A DNA stretch of 64,000 nt, taken from contig OZ220714.1 in assembly GCA_965116585.1 (NCBI GenBank), forward strand, positions 2,309,247-2,373,246. Direction: 5' to 3'. Positions 1-9,476 of the stretch are shown here, in pieces (the first letter of the stretch is position 1; every line of letters begins with the position of its first letter). The position numbers and the translations under genes were made by a program. Source of the stretch: Gammaproteobacteria bacterium (GTDB lineage: Bacteria; Pseudomonadota; Gammaproteobacteria; Eutrophobiales; Eutrophobiaceae). The notes beneath the pieces are model-generated. The model had not been told where the DNA came from, searched no databases, and was given only the letters and a program-made list of their open reading frames with translations.

Positions 1-294
1 GCCCTGACTGAGGAGATGCTGTGGGACAACGGCCGTATGCTCAACCCGACCATGATGGATTACAAGATACCCGGCATGGCGGACGTGCCACTGAAGATTC
101 ATCCCCTGCTCATCGAGATACCGGAAGACTCGGCCCCCTTTGGCGCCAAGGGCGTCGCCGAGATCTGCGCAGTCGGCCCCGCGCCCGCGGTGACCAACGC
201 GATAAAAAACGCCACCGGCGCGCGTATCAACGAAATCCCCGCAACACCGGAGCGGGTGTTGCGGGCTTTGCAAAATTTATCTGCGGATAATTAA
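1..294 (+). CDS. C-terminal fragment (gene starts upstream of window) of a xanthine dehydrogenase/aldehyde oxidase family molybdopterin-binding subunit
   Basis: Frame-1 ORF 16..294 is open to position 1. The translation ends ...IPEDSAPFGAKGVAEICAVGPAPAVTNAIKNATGARINEIP, the typical C-terminus of Mo-hydroxylase large subunits. It is a paralog of the CoxL-like gene at 5238..7592. Confidence 0.75.
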   Translation, partial: ALTEEMLWDNGRMLNPTMMDYKIPGMADVPLKIHPLLIEIPEDSAPFGAKGVAEICAVGPAPAVTNAIKNATGARINEIPATPERVLRALQNLSADN

Positions 295-306
295 CACAGA
301 TAGATG

Positions 307-3044
307 TTACGGAACTGTTACCTGAAGTTGTAAGTAAAGGAAAGTTCCCTGCCAGGGAACGACGGAATCGCTGCGATAGATACGGCCGCAACAGGTTTCG
401 AACTCGCCGCGTTCGGGGTACACGTCGAACAGGTTGTGCGCGCCGGCTTTCACGGAAAAGCGATCGCCGAAATGCAGGGTCGCTTCTGCGTCAACCATAA
501 ACCTGGCGCCGAAACTCTGGATCACGGCCAGGTCCGCCGTGCTGGTATTTTCATAATCGCCGTAGTAGCGCCCCCGCAGCAGCAGGTCAATACGCTCCCG
601 CGTATGATGCAGGGATGCCACGCCGCGCAGGTGCGGCGCGCCGTTTTCAGAGTCAAACTGCGCTTCTGCGTTAACGAAACGACCGCGCTCGACAAGCCGG
701 GTTTTATTGTAGTTGCCGGCCAGGTGCAGTATGTTACTGCCGCCGAAACCGTCAAACTCGAAATTGGCTGACAGGTCAACGCCGCGGGTTTTCGAATCCA
801 CGTCGTTGGTGAAAAAGCGCACGTGGGCAATGCTGTTGGCGCCCGGCACACCCAGCGCTGCCAGTTGTGCGACCTGTTCGGGCGCGACGGCAAACTGTGA
901 TGACAACACGATGCGATCATCAAGCCGGATGTGGTAGTAATCAAGGCTCAGGGTGAGGCCGTCCAGCGGTTCTGCGGCGAAACCGAGACTGTAAGAGGTC
1001 GAGTCCTCGGCGTCCAGCGGACGGCCGCCGAACAAGGCTGAAGCCGGGTGTTCGGCAGGGTAGATCCCTTCTGCCTGGGGCAGGCCGTTCGGGTTGACCC
1101 GGGTGGAGACGTTGGTGGTCGAGATCTGGCCTGGTGTCGGCGCGCGAAAACCCGTGCCGACGGAACCGCGCAGGTTGAGATAATCCGTGAGACGGTAACG
1201 CGCGGCCAGTTTCCAGGTGACTACGTCACCGAAATCGGAGAAATGGTCGAAGCGCAGCAGGCCGTTAAGCAGTAATTCATCCGTCAAATCCATCTGCAGG
1301 TCGATATACCCGGCGTAGTTGCTGCGGCTGAGACTGCCGGCGAACTCCGGTGCGTAACCGGGAAAACCGTTCGAGCCGACCGGTACCGTGTTATGGCTCG
1401 GGTCACCGGCCGGGCACAGCGAACCGACCGCTTCCAGACCGGGAATCCGGCACTCTATAACGTTCAGATCATCGTCCGGGTGCGCATCAACCTCAGCCTG
1501 GGTAATCTCGAAATTAAACGGATCAGCGCCGGCATAGGGTCCGATGGCATAGGATAGCGGGTCACCGGCTTCGATCCGGTAACGCTCGCGCCGGTATTCA
1601 AAACCAAACGCGGCATTCATGGGGGCGGCAAAACCCAGTTCCACGGGCAAACTGAAATCGGCATTCACGGCCAGTTCGTCATTGATCAGGTTGCCGGGCC
1701 GGAAGCGTGTCGGCGTCTCCGGCCCCAGCGACGGATTGAGTGTGTTGGCGATCCGGTAACGGATCTCGTCAGAGCCGTAACTCAGCGAAAGATCCAGGTT
1801 GAAACCGTTGTTCAATTCCCCGCGCAGGCCGCCGGCCATGCTGTAATCGATCACTTCCCCGAAAAATTGCGGCGTGAACCCCGCGGGATACAGACCGGCG
1901 CGCGGGTCATGGATCGAGCCGTCTGCCAGTCGTAACGGCAATAACTGGCTGACACCGGGGCGCCGGTAGAAGAAACCGCCATTCTGGTCCTTCCAGGAGT
2001 AACTGCCGAAACCATACAGCTCGAACAGTTCCGAAACCGGCAGCGCCGCATTGGCAAAGAACAGCGCTTGTTCACGCTCCGGCTGCCCCCAGATCTGCGC
2101 CGGGCTGTCGAATTTACGTTCGCCACCGACGCTGGTGAAATTGTCGGCGAAGCGTGTGTCCGGGTCGTCCGGTATGCCGTCGCTGCCGGGCAACACCTGT
2201 TCAATCGTGCCGTCGGGCCGGTAGGTATAGGTAAACGCATCCGGCCCGTAATACGTCACCCCGTCCACCGTTAACCGGTTTTGCGTGGCCTGCAACGGCG
2301 TCTGTCCCGAACTGCCGATGGCAAGATCATAAGGCTGCGAGCGGCTGCTTGGTCGGGCATTCGAATATTGCCCGCTGATGTTGATAAAACCGTCACTGCC
2401 CAGGCCGAAACCGGCGTTGGCTTCAACGGTAAGTTCCTCGCCATCGCCTTCCGTATAGCTGCCGTATTTACTGCGCAACTCGAAGCCGGTGCGATTCTCC
2501 CTGAGGTTGAAGTTGATGACACCGGCAATGGCGTCGGAACCGTACTGGGCGGCGGCGCTGTCCCGGAGCGTTTCCACGGATTGCAAGGCAATGGAAGGAA
2601 TACTGCCCACGTCGGGGCCATGCGCGCCAAAGCCGCCGAGTTGCATCAGCGCGGCGCGATGGCGGCGTTTGCCGTTCACAAGAACCAGGGAATGGTGCGA
2701 ATCCAGACCACGCAGGCTGACCGGGCGGATAAAGGTGGAGCCGTCGGAGATGGGCTGACGGGTAACGTTAAACGAGGGGACGATGGTATTGATGACATCC
2801 ACCATGTCCGATGAATTGACGCTCTCAAGATCGTGCAGTGAGAAGACGTCAACCGGCACGGCGGCATCGCGTGCGGCGCGTGGTGAGGCCCGCGTGCCGA
2901 TGGTGACGACTTCTTCAATCTCCGCGTGCGAGTGTTTTTCTTCGCCCTGGGCCGCTGCCGGGATAGTTACGATAAATCCGAGGCCAAGCCACAGTGACAA
3001 AAAACCGGGACGGGCGTTCAGGGTTGCAAAAAATTTATCCATGG
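307..3044 (-). CDS. TonB-dependent outer-membrane receptor
   Basis: 918-aa ORF with a signal peptide (FLSLWLGLGFIVTIPAAAQ), a plug domain (VVTIGTRAS...VPVDVFSL...), and a long beta-barrel region rich in G/Y/F/N/R/D. The likely start is the ATG at 3042..3044 (MDKFF...). Confidence 0.85.
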
Positions 3045-3139
3045 CACAAACACAGATTAGCACAGATTATTTTGGTCTTTTCGAGTAAAACCTTGCGCAG
3101 AATGACCAGGAAATTTATGCGTCATTTGCGAACCTCTTC

Positions 3140-3170
3140 CGTCATTCCCGCGCAGGCGGGAATCCAGTGA
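3140..3170. repeat. REP-like palindrome (same family as 29911, 37493, 62669)
   Basis: CGTCATTCCCGCGCAGGCGGGAATCCAGTGA. Confidence 0.6.
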
Positions 3171-3259
3171 AAAAAACACCCCGAAGGGATACTTTGTAAT
3201 GTGTGGCAACTATCAAAAATAATCTGTGTTAATCTGTGTTTGCGCTGTGGATAATCCTT

Positions 3260-3712
3260 ATGAAAGTTGAAAAAACCTTTACCGTGCAGACCTCCCCGCA
3301 AGTGGTGTGGGATTTTGCCAAAGACCCGGAGAAGATGGCGCCGTGCATTCCCGGTTGCACGGCGATCAGTGTGGTCGATGACACCCGTTACCGGGCGCGG
3401 GTGGCGGTGAAGGTAGGTCCGATCTCGGCGAAGTTCAACCTGGACCTGGAGATCATCGAGGAAACGCCGCCCGTGGAGATCATTTCCAAGACTCGCGGCG
3501 AGGAAGGCACCCGCGCCAGTATGTTGACGGCAGACAACGTCGTGCGTCTCACAGCCAATGACGATGGTTCCACCGAGGTCTATTGCAGTTCGGAATCCTC
3601 CATCACCGGGCGCCTGGGCAAATATGGCGCCGGCATGATGATGAAAAAAGCCGACGCCATCTGGGACAAGCTGGCCGGGAACGTATGCAAGGCAATAGAA
3701 GCAAGCGTCTGA
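3260..3712 (+). CDS. coxG: CoxG-like SRPBCC family protein (carbon monoxide dehydrogenase subunit G family)
   Basis: MKVEKTFTVQTSPQVVWDFAKDPEKMAPCIPGC... matches the CoxG/SRPBCC pattern. It sits immediately upstream of the CoxM/S/L-like genes. Confidence 0.8.
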   Translation: MKVEKTFTVQTSPQVVWDFAKDPEKMAPCIPGCTAISVVDDTRYRARVAVKVGPISAKFNLDLEIIEETPPVEIISKTRGEEGTRASMLTADNVVRLTANDDGSTEVYCSSESSITGRLGKYGAGMMMKKADAIWDKLAGNVCKAIEASV

Positions 3713-3868
3713 AAGTAACCTCTAAAAATGCCATCCTTGGCATTTTTAGAGACGGAAACGAAAAATGTCGATTTTCCGTTTCCTTCATTTTCAATCACTT
3801 ACGTGATTAAAAATGGCAGCACATCCTTATGCTGCACGGCCACCTCTAATTTTTAGAGGTGCCCTGAA

Positions 3869-4756
3869 TTGAAACCGGCAAACTTCAATTACACCCGAGC
3901 GGAGTCCGTAGACCAGGCCCTTGACCTGCTTGAGCGGCACGCGGGCGCCGCCAAAATCCTGGCAGGCGGGCAGAGCCTGAACCCCACCCTGAACATGCGC
4001 CTGTCGGCGCCGGACCTGCTTATCGACATCAATGACCTGGATGAACTCAAGGGAATAGCACTGGCGGAGGGTATGCTTCACGTCGGCGCCCTGACCCGGC
4101 ACGCGCAACTCGAGCAATCCGAACTGGTCGCCACCCACGCCCCCCTGCTGAAAAAAGCCATCGGACACGTGGCCCATGCAGCCATACGCAACCGCGGCAC
4201 AATCGGTGGCAACGTAGCCCTGGCCGACCCCGCTTCGGAACTGCCGGCCTGCTGCGTCGCCCTGGATGCGCGCATGACCATCCGCAACAGGCAGGGTTTC
4301 AGGATTACGCCGGCCCGTGATTATTTCCGGGACCTGTACGAGACGGACTTGCAGGAAAATGAGTTGCTGACGTCGATCGCCTTTCCTGTTGCCGGGGATA
4401 CGACTGTCTGCGCGTTCCGTGAATTTGTCAGGCGCAAAGGGGATTTCGCTTCGACCGGCCTGGCGGTCAATGCCGAGTTTGAAAACGGCATGTTCACTTC
4501 CTTCAGCCCGGTATTCTTTGCCGTTGCCAATACTCCTGTCCTGGCTACCGGTGTTGCGCAACGACTGGTGCATAAAAGCCTGACCGCGGAACAGGTCGGC
4601 CAGGCGCTCGACGCCGTTGCCGGGATTGAAATAACCGGTGACACTTATATGAGCACGGAGATGAAACAACACCTGGCAAGGCATTACCTGGGCGAGGTGA
4701 TAGAGGAACTGTATAAGGAAGATTGTGCTACTGGATTCCCGCCTGCGCGGGAATGA
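3869..4756 (+). CDS. FAD-binding medium subunit of a xanthine dehydrogenase/CO dehydrogenase family enzyme (CoxM-like)
   Basis: TTG start preceded by a GAGGTG ribosome-binding site. ...AKILAGGQSLNPTLNMRLSAPDLLIDINDL...GALTRHAQL...AIRNRGTIGGN... are molybdopterin-dehydrogenase FAD-binding motifs. Confidence 0.85.
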   Translation: MKPANFNYTRAESVDQALDLLERHAGAAKILAGGQSLNPTLNMRLSAPDLLIDINDLDELKGIALAEGMLHVGALTRHAQLEQSELVATHAPLLKKAIGHVAHAAIRNRGTIGGNVALADPASELPACCVALDARMTIRNRQGFRITPARDYFRDLYETDLQENELLTSIAFPVAGDTTVCAFREFVRRKGDFASTGLAVNAEFENGMFTSFSPVFFAVANTPVLATGVAQRLVHKSLTAEQVGQALDAVAGIEITGDTYMSTEMKQHLARHYLGEVIEELYKEDCATGFPPARE

Positions 4757-4765
4757 CGAGTGAAA

Positions 4766-5245
4766 ATGCAAGGCAAAAATGAACAATATATCTCCGTTGC
4801 GATAACGGTCAACGGAGCGCTCATAGAGGCGGACATCCCCGCGCGGGAAAGCCTGGCGGATTTTCTGCGCCAGCAGGTGGGATTGACCGGCACCCACGTC
4901 GGCTGCGAACAAGGCGTCTGCGGCGCCTGCACGGTCAGGTTTGACGGTCGCATCGCCCGTTCCTGCCTGACCCTGGCGGCGCAAGCGCACGGCCACCGCG
5001 TCGACACCATCGAGGGGATGACCGACAGCGGCGAACTGGCCGCCTTGCAAGCGGCCTTCCTCAAACATAACGCCGCACAGTGCGGGTTCTGCACGCCCGG
5101 CATGTTGATTAGCGCAGCGGAATACCTGGCCGCCTCCGGCAGCGCCGAGCGGCACTTGATCCGGGAATTCCTGTCCGGCAATTACTGCCGCTGTACGGGC
5201 TACCATGCCATCGTCGATGCCATTGCAGAGGTTGCCGATGCCTGA
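4766..5245 (+). CDS. (2Fe-2S)-binding small subunit (CoxS-like)
   Basis: GCEQGVCGACTV...CGFCTPGM... are the two [2Fe-2S] cysteine clusters of Mo-hydroxylase small subunits. Confidence 0.9.
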   Translation: MQGKNEQYISVAITVNGALIEADIPARESLADFLRQQVGLTGTHVGCEQGVCGACTVRFDGRIARSCLTLAAQAHGHRVDTIEGMTDSGELAALQAAFLKHNAAQCGFCTPGMLISAAEYLAASGSAERHLIREFLSGNYCRCTGYHAIVDAIAEVADA

Positions 5246-7592
5246 TCCATTCATCGACGATTCGGGTCTTGCCAGACCGGACGCCGGTAGATTCATACAC
5301 GGCCGGGGTCGTTATCTTGATGATATCTCGCTCACCGGCATGCTCCACGTGGTTTATGTACGCAGCCCCTATGCCCATGCAAAAATCGACGGCGTTGATA
5401 CTTCAAAAGCACGGGAAGTCTGTGACGTCAGCCACGTTTTCACCGGACAGGACCTGGCCGCGGTCTGCCAACCCTGGACTGCGCAACTGACCAACCTGGG
5501 TGAGATGAAGACCGCGCCGCAGGCGGCCATGCCTACGGACATCGTCAGGTGGCAGGGTGAGCCGGTTGCCGCGGTGGTGGCGAATTCCAGGGCTATCGCC
5601 GAGGACGCGGCGGAACTGGTCGAGGTGGATTACACAGAATTACCGGCAGTCACGGATCCGGAGGCGGCGCGCAGCACAGATGCGCCCCTGGTCCATCCGC
5701 AACTGGGGACTAACGTTGCCTGGTCGATCAACATCGATACGGGTGAGGTGGAGGAAGCCATGGCCGCGGCCGACCTGGTGATAGAGAGGATGTTCGAGGT
5801 CAACCGGCAGACCGGCGTCACGCTGGAACCACGCGGCGCCATCGCCGACTACGATCCGTCCCGGCGTTACCTGACCCTGTACCTGACCAGTCAGGTGCCC
5901 CATATCCAGCGCTATATCTACGCCCGGCAACTGGGGCTGAAGGAAGCGAACGTGCGCATCATCTGTCCGGATATCGGTGGCGGCTTCGGGCTGAAACTGC
6001 ACGTGTATTCCGACGAGATCGCCACTGCCGCGATCAGCATGCTGATACGGCGGCCGGTAAAATTCGTCGCCGACAGGCTGGAATCGTTTGTGTCCGACAT
6101 CCATGCCCGCGGGCACCGGGTAAAAGCCCGCATGGGAGTTAATCGCGACGGGACCATCCAGGCCCTGGAAGTGGACGACCTGGCCGGCGCCGGGCCGTAT
6201 CTTATCCATCCCCGCACCAGTGTAATCGAACCCCTGCTGGTCGCCATCTGTACGCCGCTGGCCTACGACCTCAAGCACTACCGCGCGGTTGCCTCGCTGG
6301 TGTACCAGAACAAGGTCAGCACCGGCCAGTACCGCGGCGTGGGTATGCCCGTTGCCAGCCTGGTGGCGGAAGGGATGGTCGATGCGGCTGCCAGGGCGAT
6401 CGGTCTGGACCAGGTCGAGATCAGGAAACGCAACCTGTACCGGGACGACGCCTACCCCGTTACCGCTATCTCCGGTGAATATCTCGAATGCCTGTCCCAG
6501 CAGGCCTCCCTGGACAAGTTGTTGGGAATGATGGACTACGACGGGTTGCGCGAGGAACGTGACGCGAGGCGCAATCAAGACGCCTACAGGGGTATCGGTC
6601 TGGCCACCGTGGTGGAGGGAACGTCGCCCAGTCCCGCGCTGTATGCCGCGGGTGGCGCGCCGATCAGTTCCCGGGACGCCTGTACCCTGCGCCTGGAAGC
6701 GGACGGCAACATCTCCTGCGCCACCGGCCTGACCGACCAGGGCCAGGGCGGCGAGGCCGTGGTGACGTCCATCATCTCCGCGGTGCTGGGTGTGGCGCGG
6801 GACGAGATCAACGTCGTCATGGGCGATACCGCCACCACACCGTTCGGTGGCGGCACCTGGGCATCCAGGGGCACGGCCATCGCCGGCGAGGCGTGCCTGC
6901 TGGCGGCGAGGGAGATGCGGGAAAAGATACTGGAAGTGGCCGCCGTAGCTCACGAACAACCCGCGGACATACTCACCATTCGGGCCGGCAACATCATCAA
7001 CCTGGAGACGGACGAGCAGGTCTCATCTCTGGCGGCAATCGGCAACACCGTCCATTTCAACACCCACACCCTGCCCAGGGACCTGGAACCGGAACTGATT
7101 GTCACCCGCCATTACAGCCAGCGCGAACAACTCATGGTGTATGCCAACTGCGCGCTCGGCGTTTCCCTGGAAGTGGACGTGAACACCGGCCTGGTGACGC
7201 TGCACAAAGTCTGGGCAGTGGATGACTGCGGCCGCATCATCAACGAAAAACTGGTAGTGGAACAACTGCGCGGCAGCATCGTCCAGGGCATCGGTTCCAG
7301 CCTGTATGAAGAGTGCATCTACGACGCAGCCGGCCAGTTGCTGAACGGCAACATGTTCGAGTACCTGCTACCCATGGCCGGCGAAATGCCCGACATCGAG
7401 GTAGAACACATCGAAACCCCCACCAAAGCCACCCAACTAGGCGCCAAAGGCTGCGGCGAAGCCGGCATCATCGCCATCTGCGGCGCCATCATGAACGGGA
7501 TTAACGACGCGCTGGAGCCTTTCGGGGTGGAGGTGACTTCACAGCCGTTTACGCCGGAGAAGATATTGAGGGTGTTGGGGAGGGTTGGTTAA
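5238..7592 (+). CDS. Molybdopterin-binding large subunit of a xanthine dehydrogenase family enzyme (CoxL-like; probably not a form I CO dehydrogenase)
   Basis: ~785 aa with aldehyde oxidase/xanthine DH a/b hammerhead and Mo-binding regions. The start overlaps the coxS-like stop (ATGCCTGA). The form I CODH active-site signature AYRCSFR is not visible; GQYRGVG is found instead. The last 214 bp are duplicated at 20783..20996. Confidence 0.85.
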   Translation: MPDPFIDDSGLARPDAGRFIHGRGRYLDDISLTGMLHVVYVRSPYAHAKIDGVDTSKAREVCDVSHVFTGQDLAAVCQPWTAQLTNLGEMKTAPQAAMPTDIVRWQGEPVAAVVANSRAIAEDAAELVEVDYTELPAVTDPEAARSTDAPLVHPQLGTNVAWSINIDTGEVEEAMAAADLVIERMFEVNRQTGVTLEPRGAIADYDPSRRYLTLYLTSQVPHIQRYIYARQLGLKEANVRIICPDIGGGFGLKLHVYSDEIATAAISMLIRRPVKFVADRLESFVSDIHARGHRVKARMGVNRDGTIQALEVDDLAGAGPYLIHPRTSVIEPLLVAICTPLAYDLKHYRAVASLVYQNKVSTGQYRGVGMPVASLVAEGMVDAAARAIGLDQVEIRKRNLYRDDAYPVTAISGEYLECLSQQASLDKLLGMMDYDGLREERDARRNQDAYRGIGLATVVEGTSPSPALYAAGGAPISSRDACTLRLEADGNISCATGLTDQGQGGEAVVTSIISAVLGVARDEINVVMGDTATTPFGGGTWASRGTAIAGEACLLAAREMREKILEVAAVAHEQPADILTIRAGNIINLETDEQVSSLAAIGNTVHFNTHTLPRDLEPELIVTRHYSQREQLMVYANCALGVSLEVDVNTGLVTLHKVWAVDDCGRIINEKLVVEQLRGSIVQGIGSSLYEECIYDAAGQLLNGNMFEYLLPMAGEMPDIEVEHIETPTKATQLGAKGCGEAGIIAICGAIMNGINDALEPFGVEVTSQPFTPEKILRVLGRVG
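7379..7592 (+). repeat. Left copy of a 214-bp direct repeat (3' end of the CoxL-like gene); putative attL of the inserted island
   Basis: 97% identical to 20783..20996; the first ~130 bp are identical and about 6 mismatches cluster in the last 80 bp. Confidence 0.85.
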
Positions 7593-7733
7593 GCCGGGGG
7601 GTGATTAACCACGACTTGGCAGCGTTATCCTGGGAACTGGTAGTGAAGGCGGGACATTAGCGGCCGATACGAGAAGATTAGACCCGATGAATATTGTCCG
7701 TACGTAGGACAGCAAGATATATTGTGATGACGG

Positions 7734-8108
7734 CTACCATTCGCCCTTCAGAGTTGGTGATTGTCTGGTGTTGTCGTGGTTAACGGCCATTTCCAACTGT
7801 TCGACCAGATCAGGCAGATCGTTCTGTATAGTGTCCCAGAGAATATCGTCGTCGATATTGTGGTAACCATGAACAAGACGATGTCGCATGCCTATGATGT
7901 TATCGAAATCGATATACGCCAGTTCATGTCGTTTTGCTTTTGACACCTGATAGGCCGCTTCACACAGAATTTCTACAAGCCTTACCATTGCCAGCGAATA
8001 CATACGGTCGGAATCCAGATCCTCCCGAGTTTTCCCCTCGCTTAGCTCAATGGCTTCCTGCGCAGCATCCAGCATGTGCAATAGCCGGGTATTATCATCA
8101 ATGAACAT
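7734..8108 (-). CDS. hepT: HepT-like (DUF86) toxin of a HepT/MNT type II toxin-antitoxin pair
   Basis: RX4HXY motif (GMRHRLVHGYHNID), ~124 aa, immediately downstream of an MNT nucleotidyltransferase. Confidence 0.8.
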   Translation of the reverse strand: MFIDDNTRLLHMLDAAQEAIELSEGKTREDLDSDRMYSLAMVRLVEILCEAAYQVSKAKRHELAYIDFDNIIGMRHRLVHGYHNIDDDILWDTIQNDLPDLVEQLEMAVNHDNTRQSPTLKGEW

Positions 8109-8153
8109 AAGTTGTCACGACAGATTCTATCAGGCGGTTAGCAATTCAAGGTT

Positions 8154-8468
8154 TTATGGCGTGGACAAATCGACCAGAATATGTGCATCTTTCACCACCC
8201 TGTCCTGAATATATGGACTCAGATCCCCCATTGTGCGTAAATCAATTTTGCGTTGTCCAAAAAAGAATGACAGGGCTTTTTCCAACCCAACTACTCTGAA
8301 TAGTCCGACTCGAGCGCCAGGTCTGAACTTGACCAACAGATCAATGTCGCTGTCAGGACCGAAATCATTACGCAGCGCTGACCCATACACAGCCAGTTTA
8401 AGGATATCGTTGTTCCGGCAGAACGTTGTAATTTGTTTACTGTCTGGAAGAATCACTTGCGGGTTCAT
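8154..8468 (-). CDS. mnt: MNT nucleotidyltransferase antitoxin (cognate of HepT)
   Basis: GSX10DXD nucleotidyltransferase motif (YGSALRNDFGPDSDIDLLV), 104 aa, upstream of hepT in the same operon. Confidence 0.8.
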   Translation of the reverse strand: MNPQVILPDSKQITTFCRNNDILKLAVYGSALRNDFGPDSDIDLLVKFRPGARVGLFRVVGLEKALSFFFGQRKIDLRTMGDLSPYIQDRVVKDAHILVDLSTP

Positions 8469-8537
8469 GCCTTGCCTGTTTTCGGAATAGTAATATAAGG
8501 ATTTTAACCACGGAGTATTTTATTCGCAATGGACACC

Positions 8538-8656
8538 CTTGGATACCGCTGAGATCTGCTACCATTAACTCCACAAAAAAGAACAGCCGCGTTAGCGGCG
8601 GCTGTCGGGCCGTGGCTCCCTTCCTGTTATGACAAGGTATGGGCATACCAACGGTG
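8538..8656. repeat. Copy 1 of a ~120-170-bp intergenic repeat family (hairpin ACAGCCGC-GTTAGCG-GCGGCTGT preceded by an A-run, plus a TGTCATGACA-like palindrome)
   Basis: Near-identical to 26986..27157 and 13600..13729. Copy 1 diverges after ...CCAACGGTG and abuts the IS66-like insertion. Confidence 0.7.
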
Positions 8657-8794
8657 TTGTTACTTATAACTCAGTATAAGATTTAGCGCCGTGTCAAGGA
8701 AAAAACAGGAAAAATTGTAACTACTCACCCCCTCCCCACTAATTCTACCTGAATTTGCAACAAGGGGTGCTTGACATCATAGTTTTCTGGCGCT

Positions 8795-9472
8795 ATGGTA
8801 GGCGCCATGGGGCATGCGTATCTCGGTTCGAAAGCGACGACGGGGCTGTGCCAACCGTTGATTGCCATGATGCCGCCGCACAGTGTGTACATTGAGACAC
8901 ACTTGGGCGGCGGGGCGATTATGCGGCGCAAGCCGGCGGCGCTGCGCAACATTGGCATTGACATGGATGGGCGGGCGCTGTCGGCGTTCGAGTGTGCGTA
9001 TCCGGTGGAGCTGGTGCAGGGGTGTTGCCACCGGTTTTTAGCGGACTTTCCGTTCGACGGCACGGAGCTGGTGTACAGCGACCCGCCGTATTTGCAGCGT
9101 GCCCGCAAGTCGGGGCGGGGTTATCGGCACGACTACGAGGAGGGCGACCACGAGGCCTTGCTGGCGCTGCTCACGGGGTTGCCGTGTGCGGTGATGCTAT
9201 CGGGGTATCCCTCGGCGTTGTATGACGAGCGGTTGTGTGGCTGGCGCTGCGTGTCGCTGCAGGTGATGAATCAGGCCGGGGTGGTCACGGAGAAGGTATG
9301 GTTCAACTTTGCCCCGGACCGGGTGCACTGGGTGCGTTATGCGGGGCGCAACTTCACGCACCGCCAGCAGGTCAAGCGCAAGGCGGCGAGCTGGGGCCGG
9401 CGGTATCGGGAGTTGCCGCCGGCGGAGCGCCTGGCGGTGCTGGCGGCGATGATGGCGGTGGAGGCGGAGTGA
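8795..9472 (+). CDS. Dam-family N6-adenine DNA methyltransferase (cargo of the IS66-like element)
   Basis: HLGGGAIM (AdoMet-binding FxGxG) followed by the YSDPPY catalytic motif, the D12-class order. The stop lies 4 bp before the transposase start. Confidence 0.75.
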   Translation: MVGAMGHAYLGSKATTGLCQPLIAMMPPHSVYIETHLGGGAIMRRKPAALRNIGIDMDGRALSAFECAYPVELVQGCCHRFLADFPFDGTELVYSDPPYLQRARKSGRGYRHDYEEGDHEALLALLTGLPCAVMLSGYPSALYDERLCGWRCVSLQVMNQAGVVTEKVWFNFAPDRVHWVRYAGRNFTHRQQVKRKAASWGRRYRELPPAERLAVLAAMMAVEAE

Positions 9473-9476
9473 GGGC

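Noticed and set aside
5640-6959. 439-aa minus-strand ORF (and many other long antisense ORFs inside coxL, the TonB receptor, IS66 and AddA/B regions)
   Set aside because: They lie fully antisense within strongly supported genes in high-GC DNA, where long spurious ORFs are expected. The translations are Arg/Gly/Pro-rich with no motifs.
5238-7592. Annotating the operon as a bona fide aerobic CO dehydrogenase (coxMSL)
   Set aside because: The form I active-site loop AYRCSFR is not seen and coxDEF maturation genes are absent. It is safer as a xanthine-dehydrogenase-family enzyme of unknown substrate.
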